Assembly: GCA_963822585.1 (NCBI GenBank)
Contig: CAWGIE010000047.1
Coordinates: 32,001 to 96,000 of the forward strand
DNA from: an uncultured bacterium
Lineage (GTDB): Bacteria > Auribacterota > Erginobacteria > Erginobacterales > Erginobacteraceae
Direction of reading: 5' to 3'
DNA: 64,000 nt
Shown here: one piece after another, positions 21,717 to 32,123 of the stretch
Layout: each line of letters opens with the position of its first letter
How positions within the stretch are numbered: the first letter of the stretch is position 1
Made by a program: the position numbers and the translations under genes
The notes under the pieces: generated by a model
The model's database searches: none
Seen by the model: only the letters and a program-made list of their open reading frames with translations
What the model was told of the DNA's origin: nothing

Positions 21717-21882
21717 CAATACAACGAATTATGATGGTGATGTTTTGATCTGTTCTTTTTATTCATTCGGACAACAAATCGGGTTACATACTATCCCGAT
21801 GACCTAATAAAGGGACAACAATCATATCCAATCACCTACAATCGTCTGTTTGATTTTTTTTGCTTTTCAAAGGAGGAAAGCC

Positions 21883-22473
21883 ATGACGAAAAAGACTCAG
21901 AAGGAGGAAGTTCTCTACTTCCCCGCCCCCGGCCCTTCCTGCACCGCGGCGGCGGTGGAGGCGGCCTGCCGTCGGGCGCGGGAACTGAAGATCAGGGAGA
22001 TCGTGGTCGCCACCGAGACCGGGGAGACCGCCCTGGCGGTCGCGGCCCGGTTCCCGGAAGGGAAGGTGATCGCGGTGACTTATCATTCCGGGGCGGAAAA
22101 GCCCTTTGACGATCCCCTGCCGCCGGCGGCCCGGAAGAAGCTGGCGGAGAAGAAAGCCGTGATCGTCACCTGCGGCCATGCCCTCAGCGGGGCGGAGCGG
22201 GCCATGGCCAAGCTCGGCGGCGGCGCCCCCCTGGCCGTGGCGGCGGAGACCCTGCGGATCTTCGGGCAAGGGACCAAGGTCTGCGTGGAGAGCGTCCTGA
22301 TGGCCGCCGACGCGGGGGCTCTCTCCGGGAAGGACGTGATCGCTCTCGGAGGTTCGGCGAAAGGGGCGGACACGGCCCTGGTCATCTCGCCCGCCCACCA
22401 GGCGGACATGTTCTCCCTCCGGGTGCGGGAGATTATCTGCAAGCCCCGGGGGTTCACCCGGGGGAAAGACTGA
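21883..22473 (+). CDS. Pyruvate kinase C-terminal-like alpha/beta domain protein (COG1751-like)
   Basis: VVATETGETA, GHALSGAER, FGQGTKVCVE..LMAADAG, GADTA, EIICKP; AGGAGG RBS. Confidence 0.8.
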   Translation: MTKKTQKEEVLYFPAPGPSCTAAAVEAACRRARELKIREIVVATETGETALAVAARFPEGKVIAVTYHSGAEKPFDDPLPPAARKKLAEKKAVIVTCGHALSGAERAMAKLGGGAPLAVAAETLRIFGQGTKVCVESVLMAADAGALSGKDVIALGGSAKGADTALVISPAHQADMFSLRVREIICKPRGFTRGKD

Positions 22474-22519
22474 ACGTCAAAATGTCTCACGTTTTGCGGC
22501 AGGGGGCATTCGGCTGGCA

Positions 22520-22660
22520 AAAAATGAACATCCAACGTCGAACGTCCAACAGAGGAAAGTGCCTAAAGTTAGAAGTGCCTAAAGTTAAGATGACAGGGAG
22601 TGATGGAGTACTGGAGTGATGGAGTGGTGGAAAAAACTGAACGTTCAACGCTCAACGTTT
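22520..22660. repeat. Intergenic repeat mosaic (heptamers, AAGTGCCTAAAGTT, GGAGTGAT octamers)
   Basis: Reverse complement of the mosaic at 30290-30390. Confidence 0.75.
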
Positions 22661-23570
22661 AGAGATAGTGCCGGAACCAGGACAGGGAGAGACCGGCCTG
22701 TTCTTCAAGCCCATCTCCATGGTCCAGATCGATGTGGTCCCGGCCGGGGATGATGATGATTTTTTTCGGATCACCCGATCGGCGGTACATCTCAAGCGCC
22801 AGCTCCACCGGGCAGACGTCGTCCTCTTCCCCGTGAATGAAAAGGAGCGGCCGCGGGGAGACCAGCCCGGTCACCGTGTCCGGCGAGAACTCCGTCATGG
22901 CGGCCGCCGTGGAGAGGGGGAACTCCGGCACACTCGCCGCGGAGGCCTTCGGGATTGAGGATGATTCCTGATCGCTGGAGAGCCCCCGGTACTTCCGCCA
23001 GAACGTGTCGCTGAAAGGGACGATCTCGGTCAGGGGGACGAGCCGCGATTTTCCGGTGCGGGCGACCGCGATCCGGTCCTCCTCAAGACTTTTTTGAAAT
23101 CCCAGCCATTGGTCGGCCGTCCGGAGCGATCGCATCCACCTCTCCCCGTTCCCGCTCCCCGAGACCGCGACGACCGCCTTCACCCGGCGGTCGAAAGCGG
23201 CCGCGTAGGGAACGATGGTGGCCCCGTAGCTGAGACCGTAAAGCCCGACGCGGCGGGGGTCGATCACCGGCCGCGAAATCAGGCAGGAGATCGCGCTCCG
23301 GGCGTCCTCAACTCGCTCCCGGGGAAAAAGACGGGGCCGTACCCCTTCGCTCTCCCCGAAACCGCGGTAGTCGAAGGCCAGGCAGGCGAATCCCTCTCCG
23401 CAAAAGAACCCGGCCACCTCCGGGAGGACCTTCTCCTTCACACCGGAGAGGCCCTGGCAGAGGACGATCCCGGGGTATCGCTTCCCCTCCGCCGCCCCGG
23501 ACGGCAGGTAGAGTTCGCCGGCCAGGCGGAGACCTCCCGCGGTGAAGAATGTCACGCGATCTTTTTTCAT
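22659..23570 (-). CDS. Alpha/beta hydrolase
   Basis: FDYRGFGESEG, GLSYG nucleophile elbow, IHGEEDD, GRDH. Confidence 0.9.
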   Translation of the reverse strand: MKKDRVTFFTAGGLRLAGELYLPSGAAEGKRYPGIVLCQGLSGVKEKVLPEVAGFFCGEGFACLAFDYRGFGESEGVRPRLFPRERVEDARSAISCLISRPVIDPRRVGLYGLSYGATIVPYAAAFDRRVKAVVAVSGSGNGERWMRSLRTADQWLGFQKSLEEDRIAVARTGKSRLVPLTEIVPFSDTFWRKYRGLSSDQESSSIPKASAASVPEFPLSTAAAMTEFSPDTVTGLVSPRPLLFIHGEEDDVCPVELALEMYRRSGDPKKIIIIPGRDHIDLDHGDGLEEQAGLSLSWFRHYL

Positions 23571-23723
23571 CTTGTGCTCCTTTCCGCCCGGGCGATCTTC
23601 GTACCGGGGAAGAACAGAAATCCACCTCTCTTTCCCGGCGCGGCTGCGGGCGGCATCATATCACACCAGGTCTACGGAGAGAACGGATATATCACGCCAC
23701 CGGGCAGTGACTGCGGCAGCGAA

Positions 23724-23840
23724 TGTCGCATAATGCGACAGGTTTTTCAGAATGCTCAGGAGCAAAAACTGCAGCCATTTGCATATCTCGTTATGTAACA
23801 TGCTCTTATATCCGCCGCCCGAATGTGGCACGGGATATGC
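23724..23840 (+). promoter_or_regulatory. Sigma54-type promoter with upstream palindromic enhancer-like site
   Basis: TGGCACGGGATATGC (23826-23840) and TGTCGCATAATGCGACA (23724-23740). Confidence 0.6.
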
Positions 23841-23900
23841 GAATATACCTATTTTATTGAGAGCGAAGACCGAAAAGGCAAAGAACCTTCAGGAGAAAAT

Positions 23901-25901
23901 ATGAAAATAACCGTAATCCTTTCCATCGCGATACTAACCCTCTTCTCCATTCCGATCCCCGGGCCGGCCGCATCCGGCAACGATGTCCCGGCGGAACGGG
24001 CGAATCTCTCCCCCTTCTGCCCCCCGCCGCCGGGCGGTGAGGTACACCCCGCCCCGCTGCCCCGGTTCGACGCCCTGGTCGGCCGGGCGCGGCCGGAGTG
24101 GAGAGAACTCCTCTCCGGTCTTTTAAAAGACCAGAACCGCGCAAAACTCGAGCAGGCGTTCGGGGATATCTACAGCCGGGAGGAGATCGATGAACTGCTC
24201 GCTTTCCAGAAAGCCTACGCGGCCGAGGAGGAAGATACGGCCGATCTCCGGGAGGAGGAACGAATGGCAACGCTTAGCTCCCTCTTCCGGCCGGGTCCGG
24301 CCGGCCTCTTCCGCGACCGCCCGGAGATATTCATGATCCAGGCCGGCCCGGAAATTACCCCGGGGGCAGCGGTGGAGTCAGACGACACCTACCCGATCGG
24401 GGACGATTCCACGCAGGAAGAGGACCGAATCGACGCCGCCGGCGACGGGACGGGACCAGCGACGGACGGCGGCGGAGAGTCCATCCTCATCTCCGGTGAG
24501 GAAGAGGAGGATTTTGACGGGGGTGCTTCGACCGCACCGGACGAGGATCGGCCGGTTGACGGCCCCAATAGCTGCACCAGCCCGGAGGAGGAAGCAGAGT
24601 CAGCGGGAAATTTTGACTACTGCTGGGTTTACGATTTCCCGCCGGACGGGGATGAGGACCGCGACGGGCTCACCAACTGGGCTGAGGTCTTCGTTTACCA
24701 CACCGATCCCGAGGCCGTCGACACCGACAAAGACGGGCTGGGGGACGGCATCGAAGTCCGGCGGGGCTACGACCCCGCCAACCCGGACACGGACGGAGAC
24801 GGCTGGTACGACGGCCCCACCAACCTGCGCTACCGTCTTTTTCTGGAGGATGTCGTCTGCGAGGACCCCCAGGAAACCCGGGACGAGATTTACGTCCTGG
24901 CCGACGGGAGAAGGTTCCCCCGGAACAAGAAGCTGGGCGCTTACTGGTCGCTGGACGAGGGCGAAACCAAGGATTACGATCGCTGCGTCGCCCGCCGGAT
25001 GCTGGACGGCGCCCATTCCTGGACGCTGGACAAGGTGGATTTCTACCTGATGGAAGACGACGCCCCCTCGGCCAGTTACACCGCAAAGTGGGACAATGAC
25101 GACCGGCTGATCTTCTTCACGATCGACCTCTCCAAATACGGAGACGGTTCCTATTTCAGGTATGGGATCGAGGGAGGAAGCTGGCCGCATAAATACAAAT
25201 ACGACGTCTGGTTCAGGGTCGAAGTGTCTTACTTCGCCGATCCCTCACCGCTTCAGGGCTATGCTTCATACTTTGACACCTCCGACGGGGACGACGTGGA
25301 CCAGGCTTATGAGTTCTTCCTGGCCCGGGAGTTCGGCGGAAAGGGAGACCTTTTCCGGGACGATGTCTGGGTCGAGATCGATTACCTCTCCGGCTGCCGG
25401 ATCGGCGAGACACCGCTGCGCCAGGTCAAGAGCCAGTACCTGCGCTACGGCTACGATCTTCATCTCTTCCGGGACGATTGCCTCCCGGCGGACAGTTACC
25501 TGTCCAGAAACGAGGCGGTCAACCTCTACCGGGATCACTTCAACCACGACTACGTCCCTACGTTTCACTATGCCCTGATCTGCGGCGAGTTCTGGAAAAC
25601 TTCCGACGCGGGGGTATCCGATGGTGACGCTCTCTTCATGAATCTCGATTCGGTCGCCGGGAACTCCCGGTACCAGGCGCACGTCTTCATGCACGAGATG
25701 GGGCACCAGATGGGCCTCTCCCCTGATGTATTCGAGGGCATCGATCAGTACTGGTATGACAGCTACCACAGCTGCCTGAATTACAGCTACGACTACACTT
25801 CCGTCAACTACTCGGAGAGCGACTCCGACGGATCGGGAAACCACGACTTCGACGACTGGGATAACGTGAGTCTCTACCGCAATGCCGATTTCACTTACTG
25901 A
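23901..25901 (+). CDS. Secreted acidic protein with DxDGDG Ca-binding repeats and C-terminal zinc metallopeptidase motif
   Basis: Signal peptide; [39 protein letters not shown]. Confidence 0.75.
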   Translation: MKITVILSIAILTLFSIPIPGPAASGNDVPAERANLSPFCPPPPGGEVHPAPLPRFDALVGRARPEWRELLSGLLKDQNRAKLEQAFGDIYSREEIDELLAFQKAYAAEEEDTADLREEERMATLSSLFRPGPAGLFRDRPEIFMIQAGPEITPGAAVESDDTYPIGDDSTQEEDRIDAAGDGTGPATDGGGESILISGEEEEDFDGGASTAPDEDRPVDGPNSCTSPEEEAESAGNFDYCWVYDFPPDGDEDRDGLTNWAEVFVYHTDPEAVDTDKDGLGDGIEVRRGYDPANPDTDGDGWYDGPTNLRYRLFLEDVVCEDPQETRDEIYVLADGRRFPRNKKLGAYWSLDEGETKDYDRCVARRMLDGAHSWTLDKVDFYLMEDDAPSASYTAKWDNDDRLIFFTIDLSKYGDGSYFRYGIEGGSWPHKYKYDVWFRVEVSYFADPSPLQGYASYFDTSDGDDVDQAYEFFLAREFGGKGDLFRDDVWVEIDYLSGCRIGETPLRQVKSQYLRYGYDLHLFRDDCLPADSYLSRNEAVNLYRDHFNHDYVPTFHYALICGEFWKTSDAGVSDGDALFMNLDSVAGNSRYQAHVFMHEMGHQMGLSPDVFEGIDQYWYDSYHSCLNYSYDYTSVNYSESDSDGSGNHDFDDWDNVSLYRNADFTY

Positions 25902-26137
25902 GAGGGAGGCTTGTTCCGGTTTTTCCTGCATTCGGCAGGCCCCTGGGAAGCGTCCGGCGGAAAGGAGGCCGGCCCGAGGATGATCTTCCGGATGAGTGAG
26001 GAGGTTGTCGGGGACGTGGCCGATCTCACCGTCGGGCGATATCCGGGACAACGAAAAACTTCAACCACAGAACGGCACATGAGCGTTGAACCTTCATTCT
26101 TTTCCGGACCCGATACCCCCGGCCCGATGCTTGTATG

Positions 26138-26230
26138 CAATCCGCCTTGGCGGAGATCCTACAAGGGCGAAGCCCGATCCTACAAGCCGCTGAAAGCGGC
26201 GATACTACCGTTTCTCTAACTTCAGGCACT
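26138..26230 (+). repeat. GATCCTACAA/hairpin modular repeat (first of about 12 copies)
   Basis: Further copies near 35905, 45011, 45845, 49045, 49535, 50905, 55363, 59440, 60040, 60837 and 63695. Confidence 0.8.
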
Positions 26231-26343
26231 TCTCTTGTTTCCTTAAACAGGATAGATTGATATCTCTCGGAGAGGTAGTATGGTATATTAATGTCTTAAT
26301 CTGTGATCGGCGCCTTTCCGTAAAGAGATTGACGGAACACATA

Positions 26344-29300
26344 ATGAAGAGAGTCTCTCGGATATTTCTTTTTTGGGGTCTTCTTGCCCTCCTGCCGGCG
26401 CCGTGGGCTTTTTCCCAGGGACTGCAGATCCACTGCATCGATGTCGGACAGGGCTCGAGCGAACTGGTCATCGGCCCCAACGGGACCACCATCCTGATCG
26501 ACGGGGGGACCAGCAGCAAGGGCCGGGACGAGGTCATCCCCTATATCAACGCCATCTTCGCCCCGGCCACCCCGGAACTTGATTACATCATCGCCTCCCA
26601 TGATGATTCCGACCATTACGGGGGCCTGAACTATATCATCGACCACAGCGGCTACTCCATCGGCACCATCTATCACTGCGGCGACAACACCGACTTCGGA
26701 AAGGGAGTTCAGATCCCCCTGGGGACCGTGATCGATCTCGGCGACGGCGCCCGGGCGACCTGTGTCGGCCGTTACGGACAGTTCATCGACGGCTCGTCGG
26801 GGAACACCGACAGCAACAACTTGAGCGTCTGTCTCCTGATCGAATACGGCGGTTTCGATTACATCACTGCCGGTGACCTGGCGGAGAACGAGGACGAACT
26901 TTCCAGCGTCCTGATCAGTTATCCTCCCGCCGATCCCTACCTGGACCCCGCCGAAGGGGTTGATGTCATCCATGTCAACCATCACGGCAGCGACGGGGCC
27001 TCTCATTATTATTATGTCAACCGTCTCAAGCATGAAGTCGCCCTCATCAACGGGGGGACGAACTACGGCCATCCCCGCTGGACCGCCGTCAACCGTCTCA
27101 AGGGAAGGGCCGCCTATTCGGACGGCAGCGGAGCTACCGGGGTTACCTGGACCGGCTGCACCAGTGTTTATCGCACGACCTACGATGATCCGGACGATGG
27201 CCGGGCCCCGGAATGGGATTGCCCCACGCTGGGCGACATGGTGGTGACGTATGACGGCTGCGCGGAGTACTATTACGTCGAGGGAATGCCGTACCCCGTC
27301 GACGAGTGGATCGTCTGCACCACGCCCAGCCCTGACGCCGGTCGGGTACCATACCCCGCCCCCCACTCCCACACCAACGACAACCCCGTCGGCGACCCCG
27401 ACCCCGACCACGACCCCGTCCGTCACCCCGACGCCGGAGGGGTACCGTACCCCTTCGCCGACACCCAGCGTCACGCCGACCGCCACCCCGACCATTACTC
27501 CGCCGCCCAGCCCGTCACCGCTGCCGGCCGCCATCCCTTTTTATGACGGGTTCGAGTCGGGTGATCTGGGAGTGTACTGGACGGTTGTGACCGATAATAC
27601 GGGAAGGGTGCGGGTGAGCGACTCTTATCCGTATGCCGGGACTTATTCCGCCCTTCTCGACTGCTCCAGCAATGGCACTTATTCAACGGTTGCCCTGGTT
27701 CTGACCGTCGATCTCTCCGCCCAGACGGACGTCGATCTGGCTTTCTGGTGGCGAGAGTTCAGCGACGAAAACGACCCCGAGGACGGCGTCTTCATCAGCG
27801 ATGACTATGGCGCCTCCTGGTCGCAATTGACCTCCTTCAATAACGGGCCCTCTGAATTCATCCCCGCGTTGTTCGACCTCTCCGCCGCCGCCGCCGATGC
27901 CGGCCTCTCCCTCAACGATCATTTTCAGATTAAATTTCAGATGTACGATAACTTTTCCATCCCCACCGACGGCTACGCCGTCGATGAAGTCAGCCTCTGG
28001 CGTCCGGCAACCCCCACGCCGACCCCGGAGGGATACCTGACACCGACGCCGTCGCCGACATCGACCCCCGTCCCCACCGTCACTCCAACCCCGGAAGGAT
28101 ACCACACGCCGGCACCCTCTCCTTCGCCTTCTCCATGGTATTGCAGCGCGAGCGGCGGGTGCGACGAATATATCTCGCGTGTCCAATTCAACACGATAGA
28201 TAATGCAAGCGGATGTGACGGGTACGGCGATTACACCGCGTTCTCGACTGTAATCGTGCGCGAGGCTCCCTACGGCATCACCGTCACCAATCCGAACACC
28301 TATTCGGGGGATAAGTGCGATGTGTGGGTGGATTGGAACCATAACAGGGATTTCTACGATGCCGGGGAGAGTACCACGCTTAACGGTGGACCGGCTGTTT
28401 TCACCGGAACGATCACGGCCCCCGCAGGCGCGCTGTTGGGCGATGCCCGCCTGCGGATCAGGGTGCGGTATTATCAATCCGTCGAACCCTGCGGGGATTT
28501 TAATTACGGCGATGTCGAGGACTACACCGTGGTAGTGGCGCCGCCGATCACCCCCACTCCGACCGTGATGCCGACACCTGAGATCTGCACCCGGATCAGC
28601 GAAGGTTTTGACGGTTACGATAGCGGAAGCCGTCCGTCCGGTTGGACATTCACCGGCTGCGCCCTGAACAGCGACACCTACACGACGGCGGGGAACTACG
28701 GACATCTCTCACCCTCGATCCAACTCGACGAGACCGACGATAGTGTCGAGTGCGCATCGTTCGTCTCCGGCGAATGGATTCAATTCTGGATCAAGGGGCA
28801 GATGATCGATATCACCAGCCATCTCCTGGTGGAGGAGTTTTCCACCGCCTGGACTACGGTAACGGACATCATACCTCTCCCCTCGACCGGGACGGTCTTC
28901 ACCGGGTTGCCGCTGAACCCGTCAACCAGCCGGGTAAAGTTCACCTATGCCCGGAGTACGGGCGAGCTGGCACTCGACGATGTGCTGGTGAAGTGCCTGA
29001 TGACGCCGTCGCCGTCGGTGACTCCCACCCCGACACCGGTGCCGAGCGCCACGCCCTCGCCTACTGTCACTTCCACCCCGACCCCGCCGCCGACGCTGAC
29101 CCCTCCGCCCACGCCCTCTCCGACATTGTCCCCGGTTCCGACGCGGACACCGGAACCCACGCTGACGCCGAGCGCGACCCCCACTCCCTCCCCAAGCGCT
29201 CCCTCGGGAACGCCGTCCCCGACCTGCGGGCCGCTGCTGCCTCCCGCGGGCATCGTTCTGGCATCGGGAGATTTTGACGGTGACGACACCGACGATATCG

Positions 29301-29992
29301 CCGTCTTCCGGCCCGCGGCCGGTCTCTGGGGGGTGAGAGGGGTGACCCGCGCCTATTTCGGAGGGGTGAATGACAGTCCGATCCCGGGAGATTACAACGG
29401 CGACGGGAAAAGCGAGATCGGCATCTTCCGGGATGCCGCCGGCCTCTGGGCGATCCGGGGAGTGACCAGGGTCTATTTCGGCGGTCCGGGGGATATCGCT
29501 TCTCCGGACGATTACGACGGCGACGGGCGGACCGATATTGCTCTCTTCCGGGAAAGCACCGGCTTGTGGGCGTTGCGCGGGTTGAGCAGGGCGTACTTCG
29601 GTGCCGGGAATGACTGGCCGGTCCCCGGCGATTATTCCGGTTCCGGCACCGACTCGATGGCGGTTTTTCGTCCTTCCTCCGGTCTCTGGGCCATCCGGGG
29701 GGGAGGGCGGGTCTACTATGGCGCGGACGGGGATTGGGCCCTCCCCGGAGATTTTGACGGTGACGGGAGCTGTGAACCGGCCATCTTCCGGGCCTGTGCC
29801 GGTCTCTGGGCGATCCGGGGGGTGACCCGCAGCTACCACGGGCGCTGCACCGATTACCCGGTCCGGGCCGATTTCGGCGGCACCGGGATCGATTCCATCG
29901 GCGTCTTCCGCGGCCCGGCGGGGCTGTGGGCGATCAAGGGCGTTTCCCGGGCCTACTACGGCGCCGCCGCCGATCTCCCCGTCACCCGGTAG
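26344..29992 (+). pseudogene. Secreted MBL-fold hydrolase + GEVED domain + six FG-GAP-like repeats ending DLPVTR; split by a +1 frameshift (pseudogene or sequencing error)
   Basis: DVGQG, SHDDSDHYGG, NHHGS in ORF 26257-27546; PT linker continues in ORF 27251-29992 from about 27331; VWVDWN...GDVEDY. Confidence 0.8.
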
Positions 29993-29994
29993 GG

Positions 29995-30610
29995 AGAAAG
30001 TTTGAAGTTCGAAGTTTTTCCCCCGCCTCGCCCCCTTTTATTAACAACTAATTACACGAATCTGCACGAATTCCCCCCGCTTCGCCCCCTTTCGGGAACA
30101 GACGATTGAATGTGATTGAATATGAGGGAAACCGGCCGAATGGTTCGACGTTCGATGTTCGGTTTTTCATCCCCCGCCTCGCCCTCTTTAATAAAACAGA
30201 CGATCGAATGTGATTGAATATGAGAGGGGACTAGCCGGAAAGGTTCGACGTTCGACGTTCAAAGTTGGACGTTCGACGTTCAAAGTTGGACGTTCGACGT
30301 TCAGTTTTTTCCATCACTCCATCACTCCCTGTCATCTTAACTTTAGGCACTTCTAACTTTAGGCACTTTAGGCACTTTCATCTGTTGAACGTTCGGTGTT
30401 TTTTTCCGAGATGACCGGAGGTCATTCCCGCAAAGAAGCTGCGCTTCCGCGGGATCTTCGATTTTTCGGATCGATGTTCGGTTTTTTATCCCCCCACGCC
30501 CCATACTTCTGCTTTCATGTAACCCCTCGTAACCTTTCGTAACCCCGCGTAACTTCTCGTAACCCCGCGTAACCCCGCGTAACCCCTCGTAACCTCTCGT
30601 AACCTCAGAA
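29995..30610. repeat. Large intergenic repeat mosaic including a decamer tract (GTAACCYCKC-like units, 30519-30606) and a 70-bp palindromic element (30405-30470)
   Basis: Decamers recur at 38150-38200 and 44855-44905; palindromic element recurs at 44745 and 53230. Confidence 0.8.
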
Positions 30611-30799
30611 AGCTGCTTCCCTCTCCGTCGGCTATCTTCCATCCCGCTCTTCCGCCTCCTCCCGCTTAAAAAAAAGTAAAAAAGTCGGGAATAAAATCCC
30701 GGGTTGTTCCGACTGTTATATGACACAAACAACAGCCGACATCTTCCGGCGGGTACTGTCAAAAATTTTATGAAAGAATGAATTCGGTAAAGGGGAACT

Positions 30800-31250
30800 G
30801 AATATCCAATATTCAACAAGGAATATCCAATGAAGAAGGAAAGACAGTACGATTTACAGGATCGTTTTGTTGACTATGCTGTCCGGATCATCAAACTTTC
30901 TGGCGACCTGCCGGAAACGAAGACCGGCAAACATGTTTCTTCACAGATATTGAGGAGCGGAACATCGCCTGCCCCAAACTATGGAGAGGCCCAAAGCGCA
31001 GAATCCAAGGCCGATTTCGTTCATAAACTCAAGATAGCCCTCAAAGAACTCCGAGAGACAGAGATTTGGCTCAAGATCATTTCGAAGGCGCAGATGATTG
31101 AATCTGCGTCTCAGCTTGCTCCGCTTCTACAGGAAACAGATGAATTGATTGCAATTCTGTTTACGAGTGTCGAAACCGCCAAGAAAAGCAAGGAGCGATA
31201 GCGACTGTCGCCTTGGATATTGGATATTCCTTGTTGGCTGTTGGATATTC
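30800..31250. repeat. 40-bp imperfect inverted repeats flanking the four helix bundle gene
   Basis: GAATATCCAATATTCAACAAGGAATATCCAATGAAGAAGG (30800-30839) vs CCTTGGATATTGGATATTCCTTGTTGGCTGTTGGATATTC (31211-31250). Confidence 0.85.
30830..31201 (+). CDS. Four helix bundle protein (23S rRNA IVS protein / TIGR02436-like)
   Basis: QILRSGTSPAPNYGEAQSAESKADFVHKLKIALKELRETEIWL. Confidence 0.92.
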   Translation: MKKERQYDLQDRFVDYAVRIIKLSGDLPETKTGKHVSSQILRSGTSPAPNYGEAQSAESKADFVHKLKIALKELRETEIWLKIISKAQMIESASQLAPLLQETDELIAILFTSVETAKKSKER

Positions 31251-31359
31251 AAAAGGGGGAGTGCCAAGGAATGGTCCTAGCCCGCTCCAAAGAAGACGAA
31301 TAGATACAAAACAAACGGAAAGTTTTGACAGAACCTTCCGGCGAAAAAGGAGGCACGGG

Positions 31360-32034
31360 ATGAAAAAGGGCTGCACTCATCTCTCGGTCATTCTTGACCG
31401 GACGGGATCGATGGAGTCGATCCGGGACGACACCATCGGCGGCTTCAATACCTTCCTGGAGGAGCAGAAGAAACAGGGGGGAGAGGCCACGCTCACCCTG
31501 GTCCAGTTCGATACCCAGGATCCCTACAAGGTCATCCACGACTTCGTGCCGATCCGGCGCGTCCCCGCGCTCACCCGGGAGACCTATGTTCCCCGGGCCT
31601 CGACCCCGCTTCTGGACGCCATCGGCCGGGGTATCAACGATCTGGAATGCCGCCTCTCCCGGCTGCCGAAGAAGGAGCGGCCGGCAAAAGTGGTAATGGT
31701 GATCATCACCGACGGTCAGGAGAACTCCAGCCGCGAGTTCCGCAAGGACCGGATCGAAAAAATGATCGGGGAGCACGAAGAGAAAGACGACTGGCAGTTC
31801 GTGTACCTGAGCGCCGACCTCTCCGCGATCGAAGACGCGGCCGACTTCGGCTTCCAGCGTCGGAAAGCGATGCTATTCGATAAGAGCTCCCGGGGAACCA
31901 CCCGGGTCTGGGCATCGGTCTCGCAGAAGATTTCCGAGTATCGCGAAGGGATGGCGGATGATATCTCCTTCACGGACCGGGACCGCGCGGACGCGGCGAA
32001 GAAGGAGGACCGGAGCGGGCCGGTGTTGTCGTAA
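31360..32034 (+). CDS. von Willebrand factor A domain protein
   Basis: ILDRTGSM MIDAS, TPLLDAIG, ITDGQENSS; AGGAGG RBS. Confidence 0.88.
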   Translation: MKKGCTHLSVILDRTGSMESIRDDTIGGFNTFLEEQKKQGGEATLTLVQFDTQDPYKVIHDFVPIRRVPALTRETYVPRASTPLLDAIGRGINDLECRLSRLPKKERPAKVVMVIITDGQENSSREFRKDRIEKMIGEHEEKDDWQFVYLSADLSAIEDAADFGFQRRKAMLFDKSSRGTTRVWASVSQKISEYREGMADDISFTDRDRADAAKKEDRSGPVLS

Positions 32035-32123
32035 TATGTTATAATGACAGAGGGAAGAAAACGTGAATAATTGATGAACGGTTCAAATTGCTCGGACGGT
32101 TCAAATGGCTTGAACGGTTTGAA

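Noticed and set aside
23776..23801. dif site (CATTTGCATAT-CTCG-TTATGTAACAT)
   Set aside because: The XerD-like arm is present and it lies in the polarity-switch zone, but the spacer is 4 bp rather than 6, so it is not called.
30830..31201. Diversity-generating retroelement (Avd-like gene)
   Set aside because: No reverse transcriptase or TR/VR pair with adenine-specific mismatches seen.
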